Of a stretch of 64,000 bases of DNA, positions 51,201 to 64,000 are shown one piece after another. The number at the start of each line of letters is the position of its first letter. Within the stretch, counting starts at the first letter, position 1. A program made the position numbers and the translations under genes. The notes under the pieces are model-generated. The model saw only the letters and a program-made list of their open reading frames with translations. It was not told the DNA's origin and did not search any database. Location of the stretch: assembly GCA_964016885.1 (NCBI GenBank), contig OZ024741.1, forward strand, positions 254,696,001 to 254,760,000. The letters run 5' to 3'. The DNA is from Eledone cirrhosa. Lineage: Eukaryota.

Positions 51201-54200
51201 AGTGTTTCGGCTTATGAGTGTTTCGACTTACGAGTGTTTCGGCTTTCGAGTGTTTCGACTTACGAGTGTTTCGGGTTACGAGTGTTTCGACTTACGAATG
51301 TTTTCGCTTACGAGTGTTTCGGCTTACGAGTGTTTCGACTTACGAGTGTTTCGACTTACGAGTGTTTTGACTTACGGTTTTTCGGCTTGCGAGTGTTTCG
51401 ACATACGAGTGTTTTGACTTACGGGCGTTTCGACTTACGGGTGTTTCGACTTACGAGTGTTTCGACTTACGAGTGTTCTGACTTACGAGTGTTCCGACTT
51501 TACGAGTGTTTCGGCTCACGAGTGTTTCGGCTTACGAATGTTTTCGCCTACGAGTGTTTCGACTTACGAGTGTTCCGACTTACGGGTGTTTCGACTTACG
51601 AGTGTTTTGGCTTACGGTCTTTCGGCTTACGAGTGTTTCGAGTTAAGAGTGTTTTGACTTACGCGTGTTTTGACATACGAGTGTTCTGACTTACGAGTGT
51701 TCTGACTTACGAGTGTTCTGACTTACGAGTGTTCCGACTTTACGAGTGTTTCGGCTCACGAGTGTTTCGGCTTACGAGTGTTTCGACTTACGAAAATAAC
51801 AAATAGACGCGGTTTCAAATCTCTATGCTTTTCAAATTCATTACATTAATCTTTATTTATACGTTTCGCTTTACGAGTGTTTCGACTTACGAGTGTTTCG
51901 ACATACGAGTGTTTCGACTTACGAATGTTTTTGCTTACGGGTGTTTCGACTTACGAATGTTTTTGTTTACGAGTGTTTCGGTTTACGAGTGTTCCGACTT
52001 ACGAGTGTTCCGACATACGAGTGTTTCGGCTTACGAGTGTTTCCGGCTTACGAGTGTTTCGACTTACGAGTGTTTCGACTTACGAGTGTTTTGACTTACG
52101 GTGTTTCGGCTTACGAGTGATTAGACTTACGAGTGTTTTGACTTACGGCTGTTTTGACTTACGAGTGTTCTGACTTACGAGTGTTCTGACTTACGAGTGT
52201 TCTTACTTACGAGTGTTCCGACTTACGAGTGTTCCGACTTACGAGTGTTCTGACTTACGAGTGTTCTGATTTACGGATATTTCGACACTCGAGTGTTTCG
52301 AATTACGAGTGTTTCGACTTACGAGTGTTTTGACTTACGGGTGTTTTGACATACGAGTGTTTCGATACGAGTGTTTCGACTTACGAGTGTTCTGACTTAC
52401 GAGTGTTCTGATTTACGAGTGTTCTGACTTACGAGTGTTCTTACTTACGAGTGTTCCGACTTACGAGTGTTCCGACTTACGAGTGTTTCGGCTTACGAGT
52501 GTTTCGGCTTACGAGTGTTTCGACTTACGAATGTTTCGACTTACGAGTGTTCCGACTTACGGGTGTTTCGACTTACGAGTGTTTTGGCTTACGGTGTTTC
52601 GGCTTACGAGTGTTTCGAGTTACGAGTGTTTTGACTTACGCGTGTTTTGACATACGAGTGTTTCGATACGAGTGTTCTGACTTACGAGTGTTCTGACTTA
52701 CGAGTGTTCTGACTTACGAGTGTTCTGACTTACGAGTGTTCCGACTTTACGAGTGTTTCGGCTCACGAGTGTTTCGGCTTACGAGTGTTTCGACTTACGA
52801 AAATAACAAATAGACGCGGTTTCAAATCTCTATGCTTTTCAAATTCATTACATTAATCTTTATTTATACGTTTCGCTTTACGAGTGTTTCGACTTACGAG
52901 TGTTTCGACATACGAGTGTTTCGGCTTACGAGTGTTTTGATTTACGAGTGTTTTGACTTACGGGTGCTTCGACTTACGCGTGTTTCGACTTACGAGTGTT
53001 TCGACTTACGAGTGTTTCGACTTACGAGTGTTTCGGCTTACGAGTGTTTTGACTTACGAATGTTTTGACTTACGATTGTTTCGGCTTACGAGTGTTTCGA
53101 CTTACGAGTGTTCTGACTACGATTGTTCTGACTTACGGGTGTTCTGACTTACGAGTGATTCGACTTACGAGTGTTTCGGCTTACGGGTGTTTCGACTTAC
53201 GAATGTTTTTGCTTACGAGTGTTTCGGCTTACGAGTGTTTCGGCTTATGAGTGTTTCGACTTACGAGTGTTTTGACTTACGGGTGTTTTGACATACGAGT
53301 GTTTCGATACGAGTGTTCTGACTTACGAGTGTTTCCGCTTACGAGTGTTTCGGCTTACGAGTGTTTCGACTTACTAATTTTTTTACTTACGTGTGTTTCG
53401 GTGTACGAGTGTTTCAACTTAAGGATGTTTCGACTTACGAGTGTTTCGACTTACGAGTGTTTCGACTTACGAGTGTTTTGGCTTACGAATGTTTTGACTT
53501 ACGGGTGTTTCGACTTACGGGTGTTTCGGCTTACGAGTGTTTCGACTCACGAGTGTTTTGACTTACGAGTGTTCTGACTTACGAGTGTTCTGACTTAAGA
53601 GTGTTCCGACTTACGAGTGTTCCGACTTACGAGTGTTTCGGCTTACGAGTGTTTCGGCTTACGAGTGTTTCGGCTTACGAGTGTTTTGACTTACGAGTGT
53701 TCTGACTACGAGTGTTCTGACTTACTTGTGTTCTGACTTACGAGTGTTCCGACTTACGAGTGTTTCGGCTTATGAGTGTTTCGACTTACGGGCGTTTCGA
53801 CTTACGGGTGTTTCGACTTACGAGTGTTTTGACTTACGAGTGTTCTGACTTAGGAGTGTTCTGACTTACGAGTGTTCCGACTTACGACTGTTTCGACTTA
53901 CGAGTGTTTTGACTTACGAGTGTTCCGACTTACGAGTGTTTCGGCTTACGGGTGTTTCGACGTACGAGTATTTTTGGCTTACGAGTGTTTTGAATTACGA
54001 TTGTTTCGGCTTACGAGTGTTTCGACTTACGAGTATTTCGACTTACGAGTGTTTTGACTTATGGGTGTTTTGACATACGATTGTTTCGATACGAGTGCTC
54101 TGACTTACGAGTGTTCTGACTTACGAGTGTTCTGACCTACGAGTGTTCTGACTTACGGGTGTTCTGACTTACGTGTGTTCCGACTTACGAGTGTTTCGGC

Positions 54201-57200
54201 TATGGGTGTTTCGACTTACGAGTGTTTCGACTTACGAATGTTTTGGCTTACGAGTGTTTCGGCTTACGAGTGTTTCGACTTACGAATGTTTTGGCTTACG
54301 AGTGTTTCGGCTTACGGGTGTTTCGACTAATGAGTGTTTCGACTTACGAGCGTTTTTACTTACGGTGTTTCGGCTTACGAGTTATTCGACATACGAGTGT
54401 TTCGACTTACGGGTGTTTCGACTTACGGGTGTTTTGACTTACGAGTGTTTCGACTTACGAGTGTTCTGACTTACGAGTGTTCTGACTACGAGTGTTCCGA
54501 CTTACGAGTGTTTCGGTTTACGAGTGTTTCGACACACGAGTGTTTTGACTTACGGGGGTTTCGACTTACGGGTGTTTCGACTTACGAGTGTTTCGGCTTA
54601 CGAGTGTTTCGACTTACTAATGTTTTTAATTACGAGTGTTTCGGTGTACGAGTGTTTCGACTTAAGGATGTTTCGACTTACGAGTGTTTCGACTTACGAG
54701 TGTTTCGGCTTACGTGAGTTTCGACTTAAGGGTGTTTTGACTTACGGGTGTTGTGAATTACGAGTGTTCCGATTTACGAGTGTTTTGACTAACGGTGTTT
54801 CGGCTTACAAGTTATTCGACTTACGAATGTTTTGACTTATGGGTGTTTCGGCTTGCGAGTGTTTCGACTTACGAGTGTTTCGGCTTATGAGTGTTTCGAC
54901 TTACTAATGTTTTTACTTACGAGTGTTTCGGCGTACGAGTGTTTTGACTTACGAGTGTTTCGACTTACGAGTGTTTTGACTTACGAATGTTTTGACTTAC
55001 GGGTGTTTCGGCTTACGAGTGTTTCGACTTACGAGTGTTTCGGCTGGCGAGTGTTTCGACTTACCAGTGTTTTGACTTAAGGGTGTTTCGACTTACGAGT
55101 GTTTCGACTTACGAGTGTTTCGACTTACGAGTGTTTCGGCTTACGAGTGTTGCGACTTACGAAAATAACAAATAGACGCGGTTTCAAATCTCTATGCTTT
55201 TCAAATTCATTACATTAATCTTTATTTATACGTTTCGCTTTACGAGTGTTTCGACTTACGAGTGTTTCGACATACGAGTGTTTCGACTTACGAATGTTTT
55301 TGCTTACGGGTGTTTCGACTTACGAATGTTTTTGCTTACGAGTGTTTCGGTTTACGAGTGTTCCGACTTACGAGTGTTCCGACATACGAGTGTTTCGGCT
55401 TACGAGTGTTTCCGGCTTACGACTGTTTCGACTTACGAGGGTTTCGACTTACGAGTGTTTTGACTTACGGTGTTTCGGCTTACGAGTGATTAGACTTACG
55501 AGTGTTTTGACTTACGGGTGTTTTGACTTACGGGTGTTGTGAATTACGAGTGTTCCGATTTACGAGTGTTTTGACTTACGGTGTTTCGGCTTACGAGTGA
55601 TTCGACTTACGAATGTTTTGACTTACGGGTGTTTCGGCTTATGAGTGGTTCGACTTACTAATGTTTTTACTTACGAGTGTTTCGGCGTACGAGTGTTTTG
55701 ACTTACGAGTGTTTCGGCTCACGAGTGTTGCGACTTACGAGTGTTTCGGCTTGCGATTGTTTCGACTTACTAATGTTTTTACTTACGAGTGTTTCGGCGT
55801 ACGAGTGTTTCGACTTACGAGTGTTCTGACTTACGAGTGTTCTGATTTACGGATGTTTCGACACACGAGTGTTTCGAATTACGAGTGTTTCGACTTACGA
55901 GTGTTTTGACTTACGGGTGTTTTGACATACGAGTGTTTCGATACGAGTGTTTCGACTTACGAGTGTTCTGACTTACGAGTGTTATGACTTACGAGTGTTC
56001 TAACTTACGAGTGTTCTTACTTACGAGTGTTCCGACTTACGAGTGTTCCGACTTACGAGTGTTTCGGCTTACGAGTGTTTTGATTTACGAGTGTTTTGAC
56101 TTACGGGTGCTTCGACTTACGAGTGTTTCGACTTACGAGTGTTTCGGCTTACGAGTGTTTTGACTTACGAATGTTTTCACTTACGATTGTTTCGGCTTAC
56201 GAGTGTTTCGACTTACGAGTGTTCTGACTACGAGTGTTCTGACTTACGGGTATTCTGACTTACGAGTGTTCCGACTTACGAGTGTTTCGGCTTATGAGTG
56301 TTTCGACTTACGAGTGCTTCGATTTACGAGTGTTTCGGCTTACGGGTGTTTCGACTTACGAATGTTTTTGCTTACGAGTGTTTCGGCTTACGAGTGTTTC
56401 GGCTTATGAGTGTTTCGACTTACGAGTGTTTTGACTTACGGGTGTTTTGACATACGAGTGTTTCGATACGAGTGTTCTGACTTACGAGTGTTTCCGCTTA
56501 CGAGTGTTTCGGCTTACGAGTGTTTCGACTTACTAATGTTTTTACTTACGAGTGTTTCGGTGTACGAGTGTTTCGACTTAAGGATGTTTCGACTTACGGG
56601 TGTTTCGGCTTACGAGTGTTTCGACTTACGAGTGTTTTGACTTACGAGTGTTCTGACTTACGAGTGTTCTGACTTATGAGTGTTCCGACTTACGAGTGTT
56701 CCGACTTACGAGTGTTTCGGCTTATGAGTGTTTCGACTTACGAGTGTTTCGGCTTACGGGTGTTTCGACGTACGAGTATTTTTGGCTTACGAGTGTTTCG
56801 ACTTACGAGTGTTTTGAATTACGATTGTTTCGGCTTACGAGTGTTTCGACTTACGAGTATTTCGACTTACGAGTGTTTTGACTTATGGGTGTTTGACATA
56901 CGAGTGTTTCGATACGAATGCTCTGACTTACGAGTGTTCTGACTTACGAGTGTTCTGACTTACGAGTGTTCTGACTTATGTGTGTTCCAACTTACGAGTG
57001 TTTCGGCTATGGGTGTTTCGACTTACGAGTGTTTCGACTTACGAATGTTTTGGCTTACGAGTGTTTCGGCTTATGAGTGTATCGACTTACGAATGTTTTG
57101 GCTTACGAGTGTTTCGGCTTACGGGTGTTTCGACTTACGAGTGTTTCGACTTACGAGTGTTTTGACTTACGGTGTTTCGGCTTACGAGTTATTCGACATA

Positions 57201-60200
57201 CGAGTGTTTCGACTTACGGGTGTTTCGACTTACGGGTGTTTCGACTTACGAGTGTTTCTGCTTATGAGTGTTTCGACTTACGAGTGTTCTGACTTACGAG
57301 TGTTCTGACTTACGAGTGTTCCGACTTACGAGTGTTTAGGTTTACGAGTGTTTCGACACATGAGTGTTTTGACTTACGGGTGTTTCGACTTACGGGTGTT
57401 TCGACTTACGAGTGTTTCGGCTTACGAGTGTTTCGACTTACTAATGTTTTTACTTACGAGTGTTTCGGTGTACGGGTGTTTCGACTTAAGGATGTTTCTA
57501 TTTACGAGTGTCTCGACTTACGAGTGTTTCGGCTTACGTGAGTTTCGACTTAAGAGTGTTCTGATTTACGAGTGTTCTGACTTGCGGGTGTTCTGATTTA
57601 CGAGTGTTCCGACTTACGAGTGTTTCGGCTTATGAGTGTTTCGACTTACGAGTGTTTCGGCTTACGAGTGTTTCGCCTTATGGGTGTTTCGACTTACGAG
57701 TGTTTTTACTTACGGTGTTTCGGCTTCCGAGTGTTTCGACATACGAGTGTTTTGACTTACGGGTGATTCGGCTTACGAGTGTTTCGACTTACGAGTGTTT
57801 CGGCTTAGGAGTGTTTCGACTTACTAATGTTTTTACTTACGAGTGTTTCGGCGTACGAGAGTTTTGACTTACGAGTGTTTCGACTTACGAGTGTTTCGAC
57901 TTACGAGTCTTTCGACTTACGGGTGTTTTGACTTAGGGGTGTTTCGGCTTACGAGTGTTTCGACTTACGAGTGTTTTGACTTAAGGGTGTTTCGACTTAC
58001 GAGTTTTTCGACTTACGAGTGTTTCGACTTACGGGTGTTTCGACTTACGAGTGTTTTGGCTTGCGGTGTTTCGACTTACGAGTGTTTCGGCTTACGAGTG
58101 TTTTGACTTAAGGGTGTTTCGACTTACGAGTGTTTCGATACGAGTGTTTCGGCTTACGAGTGTTTCGACTTACGAGTGTTTCGACTTACGAGTGTTCTGA
58201 TTTACGGATGTTTCGACATACGAGTGTTTCGACTTACGAGTGTTTCGACTTACGAGTGTTTTGACTTACGGGTGTTTTGACATACGAGTGTTTCGATACG
58301 AGTGTTTCGACTTACGAGTGTTCTGACTTACGATTGTTCTGACTTACGAGCGTTCTGACTTACGAGTGTTTCGGCTTACGAGTGTTTCGGCGTACGAGTG
58401 TTTCGACTTACGAGTGTTTCGACTTACGGGTGTTTTGACTTACGGGTGTTTCGGCTTACGAGTGTTTCGACTTACGAGTGTTTCGACTTACGGGTGTTTC
58501 GATTACGAGTGTTTTGGCTTACGGTGTTTCGACTTACGAGTGTTTCGGCTTACGAGTGTTTTGACTTAAGGGTGTTTCGACTTACGAGTGTTTCGATACG
58601 AGTGTTCTGATTTACGGATGTTTCGACATACGAGTGTTTCGACTTACGAGTGTTTCGACTTACGAGTGTTCTGACTTACGATTGTTCTGACTTACGAGCG
58701 TTCTGACTTACGAGTGTTTCGGCTTACCAGTGTTTCGGCTTACGAGTGTTTCGACTTACGAGTGTTTCGACTTACGAGTGTTCCGACTTACGGGTGTTTC
58801 GACTTACGAGTGTTTTGGCTTACGGTGTTTCGACTTACGAGTGTTTCACGTTAAGAGTGTTTTGACTTACGCGTGTTTTGACATACGAGTGTTCTGACTT
58901 ACGAGTGTTCTGACTTACGAGTATTTTGACTTACGAGTGTTCTGACTTACGAGTGTTCTGACTTACGAGTGTTCCGACTTTACGAGTGTTTCGGCTCACG
59001 AGTGTTTCGGCTTACGAGTGTTTCGACTTACGAAAATAACAAATAGACGCGGTTTCAAATCTCTATGCTTTTCAAATTCATTACATTAATCTTTATTTAT
59101 ACGTTTCGCTTTACGAGTGTTTCGACATACGAGTGTTTCGACATACGAATGTTTTTGCTTACGGGTGTTTCGACTTACGAATGTTTTTGCTTACGAGTGT
59201 TTCGGTTTACGAGTGTTCCGACTTACGAGTGTTCCGACTTACGAGTGTTCCGACTTACGAGTGTTTCGGCTTACGAGTGTTTCCAGCTTACGAGTGTTTC
59301 GACTTACGAGTGTTTCGACTTACGAGTGTTTCGAATTACGAGTGTTTCGACTTACGAGTGTTTTGACTTACGGGTGTTCTGACTTACGAGTGTTCTGACT
59401 TACAAGTGTTCTTACTTACGAGTGTTCCGACTTACGAGTGTTCCGACTTACGAGTGTTTCGGCTTACGAGTGTTTTGATTTACGAGTGTTTTGACTTACG
59501 GGTGCTTCGACTTACGCGTGTTTCGACTTACGAGTGTTTCGACTTACGAGTGTTTCGACTTACGAGTGTTTCGGCTTACGAGTGTTTTGACTTACGAATG
59601 TTTTGACTTACGATTGTTTCGGCTTACGAGTGTTTCGACTTACGTGTGTTCTGACTACGAGTGTTCTGACTTACGGGTATTCTGACTTACGAGTGTTCCG
59701 ACTTACGAGTGTTTCGGCTTATGAGTGTTTCGACTTTCGAGTGCTTCGACTTACGAGTGTTTCGGCTTACGGGTGTTTCGACTTACGAATGTTTTTGCTT
59801 ACGAGTGTTTCGGCTTACGAGTGTTTCGGCTTATGAGTGTTTCGACTTACGAGTGTTTTGACTTGCGGGTGTTTTGACATACGAGTGTTTCGATACGAGT
59901 GTTCTGACTTACGAGTGTTTCCGCTTACGAGTGTTTCGGCTTACGAGTGTTTCGACTTACTAATGTTTTTACTTACGATTGTTTCGGTGTACGAGTGTTT
60001 CGACTTAAGGATGTTTCGACTTACGGGTGTTTCGGCTTACGAGTGTTTCGACTTACGAGTGTTTTGACTTACGAGTGTTCTGACTTACGAGTGTGCTGAC
60101 TTACGAGTGTTCTGACTTATGAGTGTTCCGACTTACGAGTGTTCCGACTTACGAGTGTTTCGGCTTATGAGTGTTTCGACTTACGAGTGTTTCGGCTTAC

Positions 60201-63200
60201 GAGAGTATCGACTTACGAATGTTTTGGCTTACGAGTGTTTCGGCTTACGGGTGTTTTGAATTACGATTGTTTGGGCTTACGAGTGTTTCGACTTACGAGT
60301 ATTTCGACTTACGAGTGTTTTGACTTATGGGTGTTTGACATACGAGTGTTTCGATACGAATGCTCTTACTTACGAGTGTTCTGTCTTACGAGTGTTCTGA
60401 CTTACGAGTGTTCTGACTTACGGGTGTTCTGACTTACGTGTGTTCCGACTTACGAGTGTTTCGGCTATGGGTGTTTCGACTTACGAGTGTTTCGACTTAC
60501 GAATGTTTTGGCTTACGAGTGTTTCGGCTTACGAGTGTATCGACTTACGAATGTTTTGGCTTACGAGTGTTTCGGCTTACGGGTGTTTCGACTTACGAGT
60601 GTTTCGACTTACGAGTGTTTTGACTTACGGTGTTTCGGCTTACGAGTTATTCGACATACGAGTGTTTCGACTTACGGGTGTTTCGACTTACGGGTGTTTC
60701 GACTTACGAGTGTTTCGACTTATGAGTGTTTCGACTTACGAGTGTTCTGACTTACGAGTGTTCTGACTTACGAGTGTTCCGACTTACGAGTGTTTAGGTT
60801 TACGAGTGTTTCGACACATGAGTGTTTTGACTTACGGGTGTTTCGACTTACGGGTGTTTCGACTTACGAGTGTTTCGGCTTACGAGTGTTTCGACTTACT
60901 AATGTTTTTACTTACGAGTGTTTCGGTGTATGAGTGTTTCGACTTAAGGATGTTTCGATTTACGAGTGTCTCGACTTACGAGTGTTTCGGCTTACGTGAG
61001 TTTCGACTTAAGAGTGTTCTGATTTACGAGTGTTCTGACTTGCGGGTGTTCTGATTTACGAGTGTTCCGACTTACGAGTGTTTCGGCTTATGAGTGTTTC
61101 GACTTACGAGTGTTTCGGCTTACGAGTGTTTCGCCTTATGGGTGTTTCGACTTACGAGTGTTTTTACTTACGGTGTTTCGGCTTCCGAGTGTTTCGACAT
61201 ACGAGTGTTTTGACTTACGGGTGTTTCGGCTTACGAGTGTTTCGACTTACGAGTGTTTCGGCTTACGAGTGTTTCGACTTACTAATGTTTTTACTTACGA
61301 GTGTTTCGGCGTACGAGAGTTTTGACTTACGAGTGTTCTAACTTACGAGTGTTTCGACTTACGAGTGTTTTGACTTACGGGTGTTTTGACATACGAGTGT
61401 TTCGATACGAGTGTTCTGACTTACGAGTGTTCTGACTTGCGAGTGTTCCGACTTACGAGTGTTTCGGCTTACGAGTGTTTCGACATACGAATGTTTTGAC
61501 TTACGGGTGTTTCGACTTACGAGTGTTTCGACTTACGAGTGTTTCGGCTTACGAGTGTTTCGGCTTACGAGTGTTTCGGCTCACGAGTGTTTCGACTTAC
61601 GAGTGTTTCGACTTACGAGTGTTTCGACTTACGAGAGTTTCGACTTACGAGTGATTTTGCCATACGGGTGTTTCGGTTTACGAGTGTTTCGACTTACGAG
61701 TGTTCTGACTTACGAGTGTTCCGACTTACGAGTGTTTCGACTTACGAGTGTTTTGACTTACGAGTGTTCCGACCTACGAGCGTTTCGGCTTATGGGTGTT
61801 CCGACCTACGAGTGTTTCGACTTACGAGTGTTTTGACTTACGATTGTTTCGGCTTACAAGTGTTTCGACTTACGAGTGTTTCGACTTGCGGTGTTTCGGC
61901 TTACGAGTGTTTCGACTTACGAGTGTTTTGACTTACGGGTGTTTTGACATACGAGTGTTTCGATACAAGTGTTCTGACCTACGAGTGTTCTGACTTACGA
62001 GTGTTCTGACTTACGAGTGTTCTGACTTACGAGTGTTCTGACTTACGAGTGTTCTGACTTACGAGTGTTCTGACTTACGAGTGTTCCGATTTACGAGTGT
62101 TTCGGCTTATGAGTGTTTCGACTTACGAATGTTTTTGCTTACGGGTGTTTCGACTTACGAATGTTTTTGCTTACGAGTGTTTCGGCTTACGAGTGATTCG
62201 ACTTACGAGTGTTTTGACTTAAGGGTGTTTTGACTTACGGGTGTTGTGAATTACGAGTGTTCCGATTTACGAGTGTTTTGACTTACGGTGTTTCGGCTTA
62301 CGAGTTATTCGACTTACGAGTGTTTCGGCTTATGAGTGTTTCGACTTACTAATGTTTTTACTTACGAGTGTTTCGGCGTACGAGTGTTTTGACTTACGAG
62401 TGTTTCGACTTACGAGTGTTTTGACTTACGAATGTTTTGACTTACGGGTGTTTCGGCTTACGAGTGTTTCGACTTACGAGTGTTTCGACTTACGAGTGTT
62501 TCGGCTTACGAGTGTTTTGACTTAAGGGTGTTTCGACTTACGAGTGTTTCGATACGAGTGTTTCGACTTACGAGTGTTCTGACTTACGATTGTTCTGACT
62601 TACGAGCGTTCTGACTTACGAGTGTTCCGACTTACGAGTGTTTCGGCTTACGAGTGTTTCGGCTTACGAGTGTTTCGACTTACGAGTGTTTCGACTTACG
62701 ACTGTTCCGACTTACGGGTGTTTCGACTTACGAGTGTTTTGGCTTACGGTGTTTCGGCTTACGAGTGTTTCGAGTTAAGAGTGTTTTGACTTACGCGTGT
62801 TTTGACATACGAGTGTTCTGACTTACGAGTGTTCTGACTTACGAGTGTTCTGACTTACGAGTGTTCCGACTTTACGAGTGTTTCGGCTCACGAGTGTTTC
62901 GGCTTACGAGTGTTTCGACTTACGAAAATAACAAATAGACGCGGTTTCAAATCTCTATGCTTTTCAAATTCATTACATTAATCTTTATTTATACGTTTCG
63001 CTTTACGAGTGTTTCGACTTACGAGTGTTTCGACATACGAGTGTTTCGACTTACGAATGTTTTTGCTTACGGGTGTTTCGACTTACGAATGTTTTTGTTT
63101 ACGAGTGTTTCGGTTTACGAGTGTTCCGACTTACGAGTGTTTTGACTTACGCGTGTTTTGACATACGAGTGTTTCGATACGAGTGTTCTGACTTACGAGT

Positions 63201-64000
63201 GTTCTGACTTACGAGTGTTCTGACTTACGAGTGTTCTGACTTACGAGTGTTCCGACTTTACGAGTGTTTCGGCTCACGAGTGTTTCGGCTTACGAGTGTT
63301 TCGACTTACGAAAATAACAAATAGACGCGGTTTCAAATCTCTATGCTTTTCAAATTCATTACATTAATCTTTATTTATACGTTTCACTTTACGAGTGTTT
63401 CGACTTACGAGTGTTTCGACATACGAGTGTTTCGGCTTACGAGTGTTTTGATTTACGAGTGTTTTGACTTACGGGTGCTTCGACTTACGCGTGTTTCGAC
63501 TTACGAGTGTTTCGACTTACGAGTGTTTCGACTTATGAGTGTTTCGGCTTACGAGTGTTTTGACTTAAGGGTGTTTCGACTTACGAGTGTTTCGATACGA
63601 GTGTTTCGACTTACGAGTGTTCTGACTTACGATTGTTCTGACTTACGAGCGTTCTGACTTACGAGTGTTCCGACTTACGAGTGTTTCGGCTTACGAGTGT
63701 TTCGGCTTACGAGTGTTTCGACTTACGAGTGTTTCGACTTACGACTGTTCCGACTTACGGGTGTTTCGACTTACGAGTGTTTTGGCTTACGGTGTTTCGG
63801 CTTACGAGTGTTTCGAGTTAAGAGTGTTTTTTGACTTACGCGTGTTTTGACATACGAGTGTTCTGACTTACGAGTGTTCTGACTTACGAGTGTTCTGACT
63901 TACGAGTGTTCCGACTTTACGAGTGTTTCGGCTCACGAGTGTTTCGGCTTACGAGTGTTTCGACTTACGAAAATAACAAATAGACGCGGTTTCAAATCTC
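39135..64000. repeat. Composite satellite of at least 25 kb: 16-bp monomer TTACGAGTGTTTCGAC in blocks separated by a constant ~80-bp spacer, with higher-order repeats
   Basis: The spacer aaaataacaaatagacgcggtttcaaatctctatgc...tttatacgtttcgct starts at 39135, 39922, 40976, 42049, 43056, 45417, 46362, 47369, 49730, 50720, 51793, 52800, 55162, 59033, 62925, 63311 and 63970. Confidence 0.97.

Noticed and set aside
39167-63850. Many short ORFs (MLFKFITLIF..., LRVFRLTSVSTYECFD)
   Set aside because: They are translations of the 16-bp repeat.
39215-63969. Baculovirus hr-like enhancer (TTACGAGT is the reverse complement of ACTCGTAA, an IE1-type site)
   Set aside because: Only an 8-mer match. The repeats are direct rather than EcoRI-centred palindromes, and no viral genes are recognisable.
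39135-64000. CRISPR-like array (constant 80-bp element with intervening sequence)
   Set aside because: The intervening DNA is tandem 16-mers, not unique spacers. There are no cas genes and the context is eukaryotic.

Overview
Repeat-dense animal genomic DNA, probably octopus or another coleoid cephalopod (inferred from the SINE family and the AT-microsatellite load). The only host gene I can support is missing from the ORF track: the last three coding exons of a GLUT/SLC2A-type sugar transporter on the minus strand (8395-8320, 2846-2719, 1344-1138), which splice in frame. One of its introns holds three same-orientation copies of an L1/Tx1-type LINE, each bounded by (AAT)n. Upstream lie a 15-bp minisatellite, a 17-kb (AAC)-based minisatellite that produces the spurious giant ORFs, and a 200-N gap. 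The 27.1-34.6 kb region is a cluster of Penelope-like retroelement remnants in (TA)n. It holds several fold-back palindromes (one 1.75 kb, carrying a GIY-YIG fragment), about 12 minimal type-I hammerhead ribozyme motifs from at least five sequence families, and an ORF-less ~500-nt tandem hammerhead unit resembling a retrozyme. After that come a mariner fossil, tRNA-derived SINEs and tandem non-autonomous Helitrons. The last 25 kb is a CpG-rich satellite: a 16-bp monomer punctuated by a constant ~80-bp spacer, with 5431/4313-bp higher-order repeats, apparently grown out of a Helitron-like element. All calls are from reading the sequence by eye; no searches were run.
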